Positions 50,455-60,852 are shown, numbered from the stretch's first letter. The stretch is 64,000 nucleotides of DNA from Candidatus Omnitrophota bacterium (GCA_003528115.1 DOGZ01000012.1:2095-66094); one strand, 5' to 3'. The notes: generated by a model from the letters alone, not told the origin. Numbers and translations are program-made.

Positions 50455-51786
50455 TCAATTTAAGTTGGTAAGCCCATATCCATGCTCACCATGAAGGCTG
50501 TGGTCCAATCCCCTCATCTCATCTTTTTCGGCGATTCTAAACCCAATACATTTCTCAACAATAACGACTATAATGAACGTCATAACAGCCACATAAAGCA
50601 TCGTTATCCCAACGGCCGTTGCCTGTACGCCAAACTGTTGCAGAGCAGTCCATGTACCACCGACTTTCTCGGCCGCAGTGGCCATCCATTCAGGCCGGAT
50701 AAAAAACGTCAATCCAAGAGCCCCTACAATTCCAGCGACTCCATGAATACCAAAAACATCCAACGTATCATCATACCCCAATTTATTTTTTATTTGAATC
50801 GCTGTGAAGCTGATCAAGGAGGCCACGCAACCTAATATGAGGGCGCCATCAACTTGAACCACTCCCGCCGCCGGCGTTATGACAACTAACCCAGCCAGAA
50901 TTCCGCTCGCGACCCCCAAGCTTGTAACTTTTTTGTGCTGAAATCCTTCGATCAACATCCACATGACTGCGCCAGCCGAGGCAGCCGCCTGAGTTACGGT
51001 GAGAGCGCGGGCTGTGTCCAAATTACTATTAATCGAGCTTCCCGCATTAAAACCAAACCAGCCGACCCAAAGGAGTCCCGCCCCCGTCAATGTCATCACA
51101 AGGTTATTGGGATGCATAGCTATTTTGGGATAACCACGCCGAGATCCAAGATATAAAGCCACAACCAGCGCGCTGATCCCGGAAGAAATATGAACAACGG
51201 TTCCTCCGGCATAATCAATGGCCCCGTTGGCCCCCATATTGAAAAGAAAACCATCGGACGCCCATACCCAGTGGCATAAGGGGTTGTAAACAAACAAGCT
51301 CCACAAGGCAATAAAAATACAATAGCTTTTGAAGCGAACCCTTTCTGCAAAGGCCCCGGCAATCAGGGCCGGCGTGATGATGGCGAACTTCCCTTGAAAC
51401 ATGGCAAAAACATATTCAGGAACTCCCGCCTCCATAATCGAACCATCAATACCCTTCAAGAGAAACAATTTAGGATCCCACCCGAACCATCCTCCTAATA
51501 CATTATGTCCAAAACTCATACCGTATCCACAAACAGCCCAAATGACACCAATGATAGCCAATGCCCCATAGCTATGCAACATCGTGCCAAGGACATTTTT
51601 TGTCCTTACCAATCCGCCATAAAACATTGCCAGTCCTGGTATCATAAGAAGAACCAAGGCTGTTGAAGTTAACATCCAGGCCGTTATTCCCGAATCACTG
51701 ACCGGGCCCTCTTGAGCAAATGCCAAACGCGAAAACAACACGAGGCATCCCATAATAAGCATTATCAATAAGAGTTTCTTTTTCAT
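50455..51786 (-). CDS. amtB: Ammonium transporter
   Basis: PGLAMFYGG, FAIITPAL, DYAGGTVVH, GWFGFNAGS, DDTLDVFGIHG. Confidence 0.96.
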   Translation of the reverse strand: MKKKLLLIMLIMGCLVLFSRLAFAQEGPVSDSGITAWMLTSTALVLLMIPGLAMFYGGLVRTKNVLGTMLHSYGALAIIGVIWAVCGYGMSFGHNVLGGWFGWDPKLFLLKGIDGSIMEAGVPEYVFAMFQGKFAIITPALIAGAFAERVRFKSYCIFIALWSLFVYNPLCHWVWASDGFLFNMGANGAIDYAGGTVVHISSGISALVVALYLGSRRGYPKIAMHPNNLVMTLTGAGLLWVGWFGFNAGSSINSNLDTARALTVTQAAASAGAVMWMLIEGFQHKKVTSLGVASGILAGLVVITPAAGVVQVDGALILGCVASLISFTAIQIKNKLGYDDTLDVFGIHGVAGIVGALGLTFFIRPEWMATAAEKVGGTWTALQQFGVQATAVGITMLYVAVMTFIIVVIVEKCIGFRIAEKDEMRGLDHSLHGEHGYGLTNLN

Positions 51787-51820
51787 TCTTCCCCCTTTCT
51801 ATTGGTTGAACCTTTTATCT

Positions 51821-51931
51821 ATAAAATAAAAAATCCTTCTTACGAAGCAACGCTGCTTTTATAAGAAGGACATCTTTGTCCAACAAAATTATTTTTATTT
51901 AAATCGCTCGATGGCCGCTCTGCCGATCAAT
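51821..51931 (-). promoter_or_regulatory. ANTAR-type dual-hairpin attenuator in the amtB leader
   Basis: GGC-AGAGCG-GCC and GGAC-AAAGAT-GTCC hexaloops (A1/G4); the second overlaps the terminator stem TCCTTCTTA/TAAGAAGGA plus U-tract. Confidence 0.72.
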
Positions 51932-51977
51932 TACTCAATTTTTTCGCCGAACCATATCTTTATCTAAAGCTGTGCAA

Positions 51978-52006
51978 AATATATCATCCATCTTAATTCC
52001 TGTCAA
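51978..52006 (-). promoter_or_regulatory. Sigma70 promoter of amtB-glnK
   Basis: TTGACA-17 nt-TATATT. Confidence 0.7.
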
Positions 52007-52054
52007 GCTCCAAGATTAATTTCTTTACCAATTTAAACGAGGCGCAAATAGACT

Positions 52055-53548
52055 TTACTTTTTCAGCCACTCAGCCACATCATTTGAAAACTGAGACGGG
52101 ATACTATTTCTTTTGATGATCTCCTGATCGACGACATCAATTTTTTCATTATCAAGAATAACCTGCACTTTATGCTCTGTTTCAATGACCGTAAATTTTA
52201 CTTTTCGCTTGATTTCGTTGATAAGCAAAACAAACTCTTTAAATGAATTAAATTTTTTCCCGTTGACGGTCTCGATAATATCATCGCCATATTCATGATA
52301 ACCGGCATTAATATCATCAGATAACACATCAAGGATCACAACTAAATCATTACGGCCTTGTCTGTTCAACCGACCAGAACCAAGTAGATAATAGTTAAAA
52401 TCCAAAGGGGCCTTCTCCCACCATTCGTTCCCCCAGGATCTTAATAAATCCGACGTTAATACCGTAAAGACCATCCCACCGTAAATAAAATACGGCGGCT
52501 TTTTATAATATCTCGGATAAGGAACTAATGTCGCGAAAGGTTTTAGGGTGACCGAAATATTCTTGATCTTTCCTTCCCGCATAACTTTTAAAGGAATTTC
52601 TTCCCCTATCTGTTTTTCAGTAATTAAATGGGACATGATGAGCCGTTCCTTCCCCCGGAAGGCAAAAGTCCCATCCTCGCCAATGGGCACCCCAGAAATC
52701 TCAAGAACGACATCCCCTTCTTTTAAACGATCAACGGCAGGTGAAAAAGGCAAAACCCGCGTCACAAGGATACCGCCATTTTCATTCTTGATTTTATAAA
52801 AGTTTCTAAGTGTGGTGTTCTCTGTATTATTAAAATCGATTCCCAAGACAGGAAATCCATCATATTTTCCGTCATCCAAATCATTCAAGAAATGCTCTAT
52901 AATGGGGACCGGAATCATATAACCAATATTTTGTCCGGCCTGATAAACTTGCATGGCAACTCCAACAAATTTCCCATCCTGGACAACCGGTCCCCCGCTA
53001 TTGCCTGGATTAATAGCCGCATCAATCTGGACAGTTAATAACTTTCGGTTACTCTGAGAATAGGCTGTCACTTCAACGCGCGAGACCACGCCTTCTGTGA
53101 TCGAAAGCATGTCCCCTCCTTCCGGATAACCCAGAACGGAAACGGCATCTTGCAGTTTAGGCAATCCGCCGAATTCCAAAGGCGATGTGCCTTCAAAAAA
53201 TTGCGGGTCATCCACCGTCAGAATGGCTAAATCACAATCATGTCCCATGGCCAACACCTTAGCCGTATATTTCTTTGGATCAGCATCTTTTCGTACCTGA
53301 ATAAAAGTTTGGTCAGCAATAACATGCGCGTTCGTCAAGATTTTATTCCCTTTGATAATGCTGCCCGAGCCACTGGCTCCCCTAATTCCCAATGATTGCC
53401 AGGGCCGGTAATAATCTGTCGGATTGGCGGTGACAAAAATTTTGACAACCGACGTCGTAGATTGACCGGCATGAAGAGCCGATGCCATCATCAAGATAAG
53501 AAATAACAACGCCGCAATATATTTCCCAATGGGTCTCATAAAATGCAC
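52055..53548 (-). CDS. HtrA/Deg-type serine protease with PDZ domains (Deg2/Deg9-like architecture)
   Basis: Signal peptide; TNAHV, CDLA, DAAINPGNSGGP; two C-terminal PDZ-like regions. Confidence 0.9.
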   Translation of the reverse strand: MHFMRPIGKYIAALLFLILMMASALHAGQSTTSVVKIFVTANPTDYYRPWQSLGIRGASGSGSIIKGNKILTNAHVIADQTFIQVRKDADPKKYTAKVLAMGHDCDLAILTVDDPQFFEGTSPLEFGGLPKLQDAVSVLGYPEGGDMLSITEGVVSRVEVTAYSQSNRKLLTVQIDAAINPGNSGGPVVQDGKFVGVAMQVYQAGQNIGYMIPVPIIEHFLNDLDDGKYDGFPVLGIDFNNTENTTLRNFYKIKNENGGILVTRVLPFSPAVDRLKEGDVVLEISGVPIGEDGTFAFRGKERLIMSHLITEKQIGEEIPLKVMREGKIKNISVTLKPFATLVPYPRYYKKPPYFIYGGMVFTVLTSDLLRSWGNEWWEKAPLDFNYYLLGSGRLNRQGRNDLVVILDVLSDDINAGYHEYGDDIIETVNGKKFNSFKEFVLLINEIKRKVKFTVIETEHKVQVILDNEKIDVVDQEIIKRNSIPSQFSNDVAEWLKK

Positions 53549-53560
53549 ATCCCCGCCTCT

Positions 53561-55093
53561 TTAGTAACTTTCTTCATGGTTCAAGAATTCATCGATTTCC
53601 TGAAGATCATCGACAGGCAAGTAACCATTGAACTTTTCAAAATCAGTTAAACTCATCTGTAAATACTGATGAATATCCTTTAATCTGCTTCTTAAATCCG
53701 CCAGCTCTTGCTCCTCCCAAGGAGATTTTGCCTGATGCTGAGTCTCACGGTTTTCTAAGGCTATCAATTTTTCCTGGATATCATTCAATTGATTTTCTAA
53801 TGAAACGAAATTGTCTCTTGTTTCTTGAAGGGCATCCCCTCTTTGAAAAATTTTTGTCTGCGCCAAAGTCAACTGCTCCTCCAAAGTGGATATTGTAGCT
53901 GTTTTTTCTTTATTCATACCTGTTGCATCCGCCAATTTAAGTCGATAAATACGCAAAATCCCGTTCAGTTCGATCAATTGTTCATCTTTCTTAGCCAAAA
54001 AATCATCCTTCTTTTTATTTTCCGTTGAAGCGGCTGATCGAAAATCCTCAATCGTTCCTTGAAGAGATTGAATCTGGTCATTCTTTTCCTGAAGAATTCT
54101 TTGCCCCAAATCAAATCGTGAGCGTATATCGACAAATTCTTTATTCAATGAAGCTAATTCTTCATTTTTCTTAGAAAGAAGTCTGTCCTTTTCCGAAAGT
54201 TGAAGGGCGTGATCAATAAGTTCTTTAGTGAGTTTATTCATGTGCTGCTCTTTTTCATCCAGAATTTTCTTTAGACCGTATAGTCTCCGATGGATAAGAG
54301 CCATATGCCTCTTAACTAAATCGATCTCTGGATTGGTCTCTCCAGCAATATCATCGCGGAGATGATCATTTTGCGTATCTGGCGGGATAGATAATATCGG
54401 GCGATAATTTCTCACATTTTGATAATGCGTCCTTGGACGACTCGTTCCCCCGATGTTATCCCTGAAGGATTTTAGGGACGCCACAGACCGATCGTGCCCC
54501 TGAAAATCTTTTTGTAAATCTTTTAATCGATCGTATTGTCTGGAATGGATGAGTACTTTTTCTGATAATCGATCTTTTTCAAAGGCCACGGAATCAATAA
54601 CGACGGCCAAGGGATCCTGTTGCTTTGAAGAATCACGTCTCGCGTTCTTAAAAGTTCGTTGGGCAAATCCCTCTATTTCTTTTGTTATTGACAATAAGTT
54701 TTCATCAATAAAGGCACGCCTCATTCCACTCTTGATTAATGTATTTTCTAAAGCGGCCTTCTTAGACTGATAATAATCTATTTTATTTAATAAATTCTGC
54801 CGCTGCGAAACCAGATCTTCAAAAAACAAAAGATTAATTTTTTGCTTGGCCGTCAATCTTTGTAACGATGACATGTGAATCAATGCTTCGTATGCCTCTT
54901 TATCATCCGGATCCATCAGTAAGGCACGGCTCAAATCATTCATCGCCCCTAAGATGTCACCCTGCTGGTATAACTCCAAGCCATGTTGCTTAAAAGCGTA
55001 AGCGATCTCCGTCTCATTTTCTGCCCAAAGGGGATCGCACAAAATAAGACAAGCAATAATAAATAAAACAGTACCTATAAACTTATTTTTCAT
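53561..55093 (-). CDS. Exported protein with N-terminal TPR-like unit and long coiled coil
   Basis: Signal peptide; GLELYQQGDILGAMNDLSRALLMDPDD TPR-like segment; heptad-rich C-terminal half. Confidence 0.75.
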   Translation of the reverse strand: MKNKFIGTVLFIIACLILCDPLWAENETEIAYAFKQHGLELYQQGDILGAMNDLSRALLMDPDDKEAYEALIHMSSLQRLTAKQKINLLFFEDLVSQRQNLLNKIDYYQSKKAALENTLIKSGMRRAFIDENLLSITKEIEGFAQRTFKNARRDSSKQQDPLAVVIDSVAFEKDRLSEKVLIHSRQYDRLKDLQKDFQGHDRSVASLKSFRDNIGGTSRPRTHYQNVRNYRPILSIPPDTQNDHLRDDIAGETNPEIDLVKRHMALIHRRLYGLKKILDEKEQHMNKLTKELIDHALQLSEKDRLLSKKNEELASLNKEFVDIRSRFDLGQRILQEKNDQIQSLQGTIEDFRSAASTENKKKDDFLAKKDEQLIELNGILRIYRLKLADATGMNKEKTATISTLEEQLTLAQTKIFQRGDALQETRDNFVSLENQLNDIQEKLIALENRETQHQAKSPWEEQELADLRSRLKDIHQYLQMSLTDFEKFNGYLPVDDLQEIDEFLNHEESY

Positions 55094-55282
55094 GAACCGT
55101 ATAAAAATAAAAACAAAATGGGGTTAGTCAGATAAAGTGGATTAACTATACCATTGTCGCCTTAATGTTTCAAGAAATGTCTAAAGGGAGGATTTAGTGG
55201 GTGTCTGCGAGGGCAAAAAAGAATGATTTGGAGGGAAAAGAAAACAAATTTTTACAACGAGCTGAAATATAATTTAAAATTC

Positions 55283-56573
55283 GGCACTGGTATAGATTTA
55301 GTGCTGTAAATTAATAGGAGGCGTTAAACTTTCCGACGCTGTGTTGCCTTAAAATCGTGTATAATCCTGAAAGAGCAGGACACTTATCGGTTTTTGGCAA
55401 CTTTGCGGAAAGGAATCCTCCCGTTATGTCTTCAAATTTTTTTGCCCGAGATGTCGGGGTTGCTCTTTCACAAAAGCTGGTTTTAAAGAACTCCGGGTGT
55501 TCACGCTACATGGCTGGCATCACCAACGGTACCAGCTGTATCGTTGCGAAGCTTGTGATCACCGTTTCCATTGCGCGGAGGTGATCGGCATGTACACGGT
55601 CAAAGTGATTGAATATGTGACCTTCATGTACTTGCGAAGTATGTCGTTCAATCAGGTCAACGCGATCCTGCGAGCGTTCTACGAGCGCAATGTGTTCACC
55701 AAGTCGCAACTCATTGAACATATCGAACAACTTACGGATCGAATCCCGGAACATCAGGCCATCAGCCGCTGGCTCAAGCCAAAGCGCAGCGGTTATTACG
55801 CGCTGGATGGGACATGGCTCAAATATCGTGGCGAAGACATCGTGCTTCTGATCATGTTCGATGTCGAAACACTGGACACGGTAGCGTACCATGTGGCTGA
55901 TGACGAAACCGAAGAATCATACACGGCGCTTATCCAGATGGCCAGGCCGGAGATCTCCGTCGGAATTAAAGGCCTTTTTGGCGACGGCGACCTTGGCCTC
56001 ATGGCCGCGATAGAAAAACTTTGCCCGGGCGTTCCGTTCCAGTTGTGCGTCTTTCACAAGTACGCGCGTGTCGGCCAGTTGATTCCGTTCAGGTACTCCA
56101 AGAACGCGCTGGATCGGGAAATCAAAGAGCGGGTTGAAAAAGTCCTGTTTGCTGAAAGCAAAGACGCGGCCACAAGCGCGTTGCATGAACTTGAGTTGTT
56201 CGCCAAAGAAAATCAGGGTTACGGGAAGCTTAACAAGGCGATTGAAGTCTTGCATTACAACTTCGAACTTCTCCTGACCCATTTTGATCATCCCGAGATG
56301 AGCCCGTATAACAATGTGCTTGAGGGATTCAACGCGGTCATCAAACGTCGCACCTGGCTTATGAAAGGGTTTAAGAAAGACATTAACATCGACCGTTGGA
56401 TCAAACTCCTGCTTCTGGACTGGCGGTTCCATGTGCTTAAGGAGTCGGCCTTCGATAGCCGCAGAGGAAAAATGCCCCTTGAGCTGGCCGAAGTCAAACT
56501 TCCAGAGATTTACAACTGGCTAACTTTTGTGAGAAAGAACTATCGGAAAAACCACTAATTCTATACCAGTGCC
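55283..56573 (+). mobile_element. Insertion sequence, IS256/Mutator-like, 1291 bp
   Basis: 21-bp TIRs GGCACTGGTATAGA(T/A)TTAGTG (20/21) and 8-bp target duplication TAAAATTC (55275-55282; 56574-56581). Confidence 0.93.
55426..56558 (+). CDS. DDE transposase with CxxH motif; ATG 55426 is out of frame with the main ORF (55497-56558)
   Basis: LDG...GDG...QLCVFH...NVLEGFN; an upstream in-frame CPRC pairs with CEAC as a zinc ribbon. Confidence 0.85.
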
Positions 56574-56587
56574 TAAAATTCTATTAT

Positions 56588-57070
56588 TTAGAATACTTTT
56601 GTTAATTTCGGCCAATGTTCTTCGGCCAAGATATACCCAACGCACCGTTTTGTCCTACATTCACATCTATGGTCCTCATGTTCTTCATACCCATACCCAT
56701 AATTATATGTTAATTCCTCCCCTTTCCTTATATCACGTAAGGCTTTAATCCATATATGGCCACGGATTATCTCGGCTTCACAATTAGGATCGCAGGCGTG
56801 ATTAATAAACCTTGCCGTATTATAAGGCACAAACCCATCAATATCATGCCGCTTATTTAATTCAAAAAGATAAACTGCACCAAAAACATTGTTTTCTTTG
56901 TGCTTTAATAAAGGAATACCCGCCCTTCTATCCGACTCGGCTTTAGTTATTTTTTCCCCCACATATTCAATAATAGGCGTTCCCGCAGAGATATCCTTTT
57001 TTGCGAAAACTCCATTACTATGAATACTTGATCTTCTTATAACAAAATAACGATTCTTTATTTTCCCCAT
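56588..57070 (-). CDS. SET-domain lysine methyltransferase
   Basis: GVFA, IEYVGE, ARFINHACDPNC, GEELTYNY, post-SET CEC...C. Confidence 0.92.
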   Translation of the reverse strand: MGKIKNRYFVIRRSSIHSNGVFAKKDISAGTPIIEYVGEKITKAESDRRAGIPLLKHKENNVFGAVYLFELNKRHDIDGFVPYNTARFINHACDPNCEAEIIRGHIWIKALRDIRKGEELTYNYGYGYEEHEDHRCECRTKRCVGYILAEEHWPKLTKVF

Positions 57071-57165
57071 CAATTTACATTTCAATTCTTCTTGAAAGGA
57101 TAAAAGAAATTAACGATGATGCTTTACCTATTTATGTGCTCGAGGATAAAGCACCTATTGCGCTT

Positions 57166-57549
57166 TTATTCATCAGCCTTAAAATTGGCTTCGATTGAAT
57201 TTAGCAAGACATCTAACCTGCTGGGTTTAGCGATAAACGGATGTCCACCGATCCATCCCCCTTGGGACTTAACCTCTTCTGTTGTTACGGTAGCCGTTAA
57301 AAAAACAATAGGGGTTTCCTGCAAAACTTTATTATTCCGGATTTCCATAGCGACGTCAGGCCCTTCTTTTTGTGGCATCATAACATCCAGCAATATTAAA
57401 TCAGGCTTTAGATGAAGGGCCGTCGAGAATGCCTTATTCGAGTCGTTCTCAACCGTAACGTCATAGTTTCCTACTGACTCAAGATTTATTCTTAAAATAG
57501 AAGTGAAACTTTTTTCATCATCAACAATAAGAATTCGTTTTTTTTCCAT
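57166..57549 (-). CDS. Single-domain response regulator
   Basis: IVDDE, LLDVMMP, FLTA, KP. Confidence 0.9.
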   Translation of the reverse strand: MEKKRILIVDDEKSFTSILRINLESVGNYDVTVENDSNKAFSTALHLKPDLILLDVMMPQKEGPDVAMEIRNNKVLQETPIVFLTATVTTEEVKSQGGWIGGHPFIAKPSRLDVLLNSIEANFKADE

Positions 57550-58765
57550 ACTCGTCTCCTTTGTTGCTGTTAACTGAAAAAACGAGTGTCGCTCTTACCC
57601 CTCCTTCCTTTTTATTACTTATAAAGATCTGCCCCCCATGGATATCCATGATATTCTTAGAGACAGCTAATCCCAAACCAACCCCGCCCCGAGATCTTCG
57701 AGTAGTAAAAAAAGGCTCAAATATCTTATCAATTTCGTTATCCGGAATACCACATCCCTTATCATCAACGTGAATCATAATTATGGTTTGACCGAGGTAA
57801 AAAATATTTTGATTTAATTCTGGCATTTTCTTCAAGTCTTCTGTGGATAAAATAAAAATTTGACTTGTAACGACTACTTCTCCGCCATCGGGCATTGCAA
57901 AAATGGCATTAATAAGCAGGTTAACCATAACCTGCTCAATCCTCGCGCTGTCAATTTCAATCTTGGGAATATTTGAATCAAATATTTTTATAAGCTTAAT
58001 GTGATGCTTATCCAATTCATGCCGTACTAATGAAATTGCTTTCTCCAAGACATCTTTTAAATCTTCCATTTTTTTATTAAGTCTTGTTAAACCTGAAAAA
58101 TTTAATAAATCGGTAATAATATTATTTGCCCGGTTGATCGCCTCTAACATGCTCTCAAAAACAATTCTGATATCTTCTTTGTTTTTGTCGAATTTTTCAG
58201 AAAGATACGTAATCCCATAAAGGATTGTGGCCAAAGGGTTCTTAACCTCATGGGCTATTCCACTGGCCAAGACACCAACGACGCGCATTTTCTCAGCCTG
58301 AACCAACTGGGATTGAAGATCCTTTAAATTATCATAGGCCATCTTAAGTTCGAGTTCTAGCCGCTTTCGTTCAATAGCATAAAGAAGAGATTTATTTAAT
58401 GTGTAAGAATTATATTTGCCTTTATTCAAGAAGTCCTGAGCCCCAAGACGTAAAGAAATTACACCGACTTCATCTTCATAAGCGCCTGTATTAACGACGA
58501 TCGTTATTAGTGGAAACTTCTTATTGAGTTCAATAAGCGTTTGCTCTCCTTGACTATCGGGCAAATTCAAATCCAAAACGACAACATCAAAATCCTGTTC
58601 AGTTAGAGATTCCATAGCGTCTGCCAATGATGTGGCACATCTAAAGAAGCAAGGTCCCGCTTCATTTTCAGTTAACATAGCTTCTAACATCCGCAGATCG
58701 ACATCATTATCATCAACCACCAGCACTCTTAAATGTTTAGAAATTTTATTTTCTTGATTGATCAT
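57521..58765 (-). CDS. Hybrid REC-histidine kinase
   Basis: REC domain; AHEVKNPL H-box; NLLINA, DKGCG, FEPFFTT, GVGLGL. Confidence 0.92.
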   Translation of the reverse strand: MINQENKISKHLRVLVVDDNDVDLRMLEAMLTENEAGPCFFRCATSLADAMESLTEQDFDVVVLDLNLPDSQGEQTLIELNKKFPLITIVVNTGAYEDEVGVISLRLGAQDFLNKGKYNSYTLNKSLLYAIERKRLELELKMAYDNLKDLQSQLVQAEKMRVVGVLASGIAHEVKNPLATILYGITYLSEKFDKNKEDIRIVFESMLEAINRANNIITDLLNFSGLTRLNKKMEDLKDVLEKAISLVRHELDKHHIKLIKIFDSNIPKIEIDSARIEQVMVNLLINAIFAMPDGGEVVVTSQIFILSTEDLKKMPELNQNIFYLGQTIIMIHVDDKGCGIPDNEIDKIFEPFFTTRRSRGGVGLGLAVSKNIMDIHGGQIFISNKKEGGVRATLVFSVNSNKGDEYGKKTNSYC

Positions 58766-58774
58766 TCAATACCA

Positions 58775-58860
58775 ATAAAAATAGCCACGGACTCATTTCC
58801 CCTTCAACGATCCGCGGCTTAAGCGTTGACATACGATTATGCTTCAGTCTATGTTAATTC
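58775..58860 (-). promoter_or_regulatory. Structured leader with a premature terminator
   Basis: AGCCGCGGA/TCCGTGGCT stem plus U-rich tail just before the ATG; upstream hairpin; promoter TTGACA-17-TATATT at 58898-58870. Confidence 0.55.
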
Positions 58861-58952
58861 CTTGGTTAAAATATAAAATATATTTATTAAAATGTCAAAT
58901 CAAGCCCGACACTATCAACGTATGAAATTCTAAAAAAAACCAATTTAAGAAA

Positions 58953-60359
58953 CTAATAAAGACAACTAGCACCGAACATGAGCGCGGTAGAATTCCACTT
59001 GATTTGATTCAATTGTGTGTCAATAACACTCCCATCACTGAAAAACGTTCTATCCAGCCCCTCCCAGGCCTGCCAATCCTGTAAATCTGCGTTAAAATTC
59101 AAATTCCAATGATCATTTAATTGATAGGCTGCCCCTAGATTCAAAACAAGGCCGCGACCATCGGCTATATGCTCAAAACTTTTCGGATGCTGGAAATCAT
59201 CTCTAAGGTTCCAATTGGCTGAACCATAATAATCCGCCATATGATATTCAAATCTGAACAGGGCGGAAATCTTCTTCCTCTTTCCAATTAATTCAAATCC
59301 GGTCCAAGGGCCTTCCCATTCAGCCCAATAGCTGGTATGCAATTGTGGCGGCAACGGACCAGACCCTCCAACCACCTGTCTTCCGTCAATCGCAATAAGA
59401 TTTAATTCATGCCGAGAGAAACCTCCCAAGGCTGTAAACCAAATATCATCTGACAACAGTTCTTTAGAGACAGAACCTAAAGAAAACTTATATCCGAGGC
59501 CATATGACCAATCTATGGCGCTCCCGTCATCGGCTCGACTAACGGATCTTGAAAATTCATCGGCATGATTGTCACTAAAATAATCCGAATCCTGAACCTC
59601 CCCATCATAGATGTCCGCATATGACATCATGCCATCAAGTACAAAACGCTGATCGACAGTGATTTCTCCTTTAGCTTTAAGTTGAGTCATTTTCAAATCT
59701 TTCCAAGTCAACTCAGACAAAACATTCGGATTGGCCCCATCCGTATCCCCAGCAATACTAAACTGAAAATCGTCTTGTCGATATCCCCCAAAAAGTTGCA
59801 AACTTGCCTCTATTAATTTTTGTCGATTGGAGTCGTCATTATTGGAATATTGCATTCCCACTGAATTAATAGACTTATCCCCCCCAACACTAGCAATACT
59901 CAAATGATTATTATCAGCTTCGTCACTAATGCTTTCGGATTTAACTGCGATATCAGAAGAAAATGGGGCGGAAACGAAATCTACTTTTTGTGGATGAGGA
60001 AATCGCTCAACAGCATCAAGGCTTTTTTTAATTAAATCACTTCTTTTTGCCTCATAATTCTTAAGAGACTCTCCTGAATAACAAAGATCCTGCCAAGATA
60101 AGCTATTCTTTCTATACGCTTTCTGTCCTAAACAATCTGCGGATTTTCGTGAAGATAAAATAAATTTATGATCATCAGCATCTTGAACTACGTTCTTTCG
60201 ATTATGCGATTCCATCTGCCGTGTATAGGTCAACCACTCCCTTCTGATCAAAATATTTCTTTCATTAGGACTAGGATTTTGTTTCGCATAAACCAATTTT
60301 GAGTCATGGGAAATGTAAAATGCCATTGTCAGGACCAGTAAATATTGATATTTTTTCAT
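58953..60359 (-). CDS. Outer-membrane beta-barrel, omptin/Protochlamydia Pom-like, with N-terminal extension
   Basis: Signal peptide; PNVLSELTWKDL, GEVQDSDY, EFSRS, ANWNLRDDFQHPKSFEH; aromatic C-terminus. Confidence 0.7.
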   Translation of the reverse strand: MKKYQYLLVLTMAFYISHDSKLVYAKQNPSPNERNILIRREWLTYTRQMESHNRKNVVQDADDHKFILSSRKSADCLGQKAYRKNSLSWQDLCYSGESLKNYEAKRSDLIKKSLDAVERFPHPQKVDFVSAPFSSDIAVKSESISDEADNNHLSIASVGGDKSINSVGMQYSNNDDSNRQKLIEASLQLFGGYRQDDFQFSIAGDTDGANPNVLSELTWKDLKMTQLKAKGEITVDQRFVLDGMMSYADIYDGEVQDSDYFSDNHADEFSRSVSRADDGSAIDWSYGLGYKFSLGSVSKELLSDDIWFTALGGFSRHELNLIAIDGRQVVGGSGPLPPQLHTSYWAEWEGPWTGFELIGKRKKISALFRFEYHMADYYGSANWNLRDDFQHPKSFEHIADGRGLVLNLGAAYQLNDHWNLNFNADLQDWQAWEGLDRTFFSDGSVIDTQLNQIKWNSTALMFGASCLY

Positions 60360-60423
60360 TTAAAAAAGCAATTGTTAAGAAGAAGTGATGGATTCATAAA
60401 TGTTTTTTTTGTGCCTCTACCCC

Positions 60424-60852
60424 TTACCCTCGGATAGTCTCATCCGCCAAATTATTATGACTAGCGATGACAACCCAACGCTCTTTTTGTTTTTTCCATG
60501 TCATTGTATAACGCCGAATGACTCTCTTGCCACCTTCCATATTCTTCTCGATAGTGAATATGAAATATTGCAAAATAGCTATATCTTCATGGATTTTAAT
60601 ATCAATAGGTCTGAGTTCACAAATAACAATTTGCGTTGATTTCGTCCAGAATCCGACCCATTTCTTAAGCCATGGTTTATCAATATTGATCGGACTTTCA
60701 TGACCAAACCCAATAAAATCATCATGAATGTACTTTAAGAAATCCTCCACCCTTTGATTTATAAGATGATCCCAATGTTCCTCCAGGCATCTCCATACGC
60801 CATTCTGCTCTTCATTCCAATAAGACGGTTTTGATGATGTCAACCCATGCAT
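60424..60852 (-). CDS. NTF2/SnoaL-like (DUF4440) protein
   Basis: YIHDDF, IKIHEDIAI, RYTMTWKKQKERWVVIASH. Confidence 0.75.
   Translation of the reverse strand: MHGLTSSKPSYWNEEQNGVWRCLEEHWDHLINQRVEDFLKYIHDDFIGFGHESPINIDKPWLKKWVGFWTKSTQIVICELRPIDIKIHEDIAILQYFIFTIEKNMEGGKRVIRRYTMTWKKQKERWVVIASHNNLADETIRG

Noticed and set aside
55283-56573. IS6-family call from GGCACTG ends, or this IS as mobiliser of the mini-elements
   Set aside because: The CxxH insertion motif and size fit IS256/Mutator-like; its TIRs and 8-bp duplication do not match the TA-flanked elements
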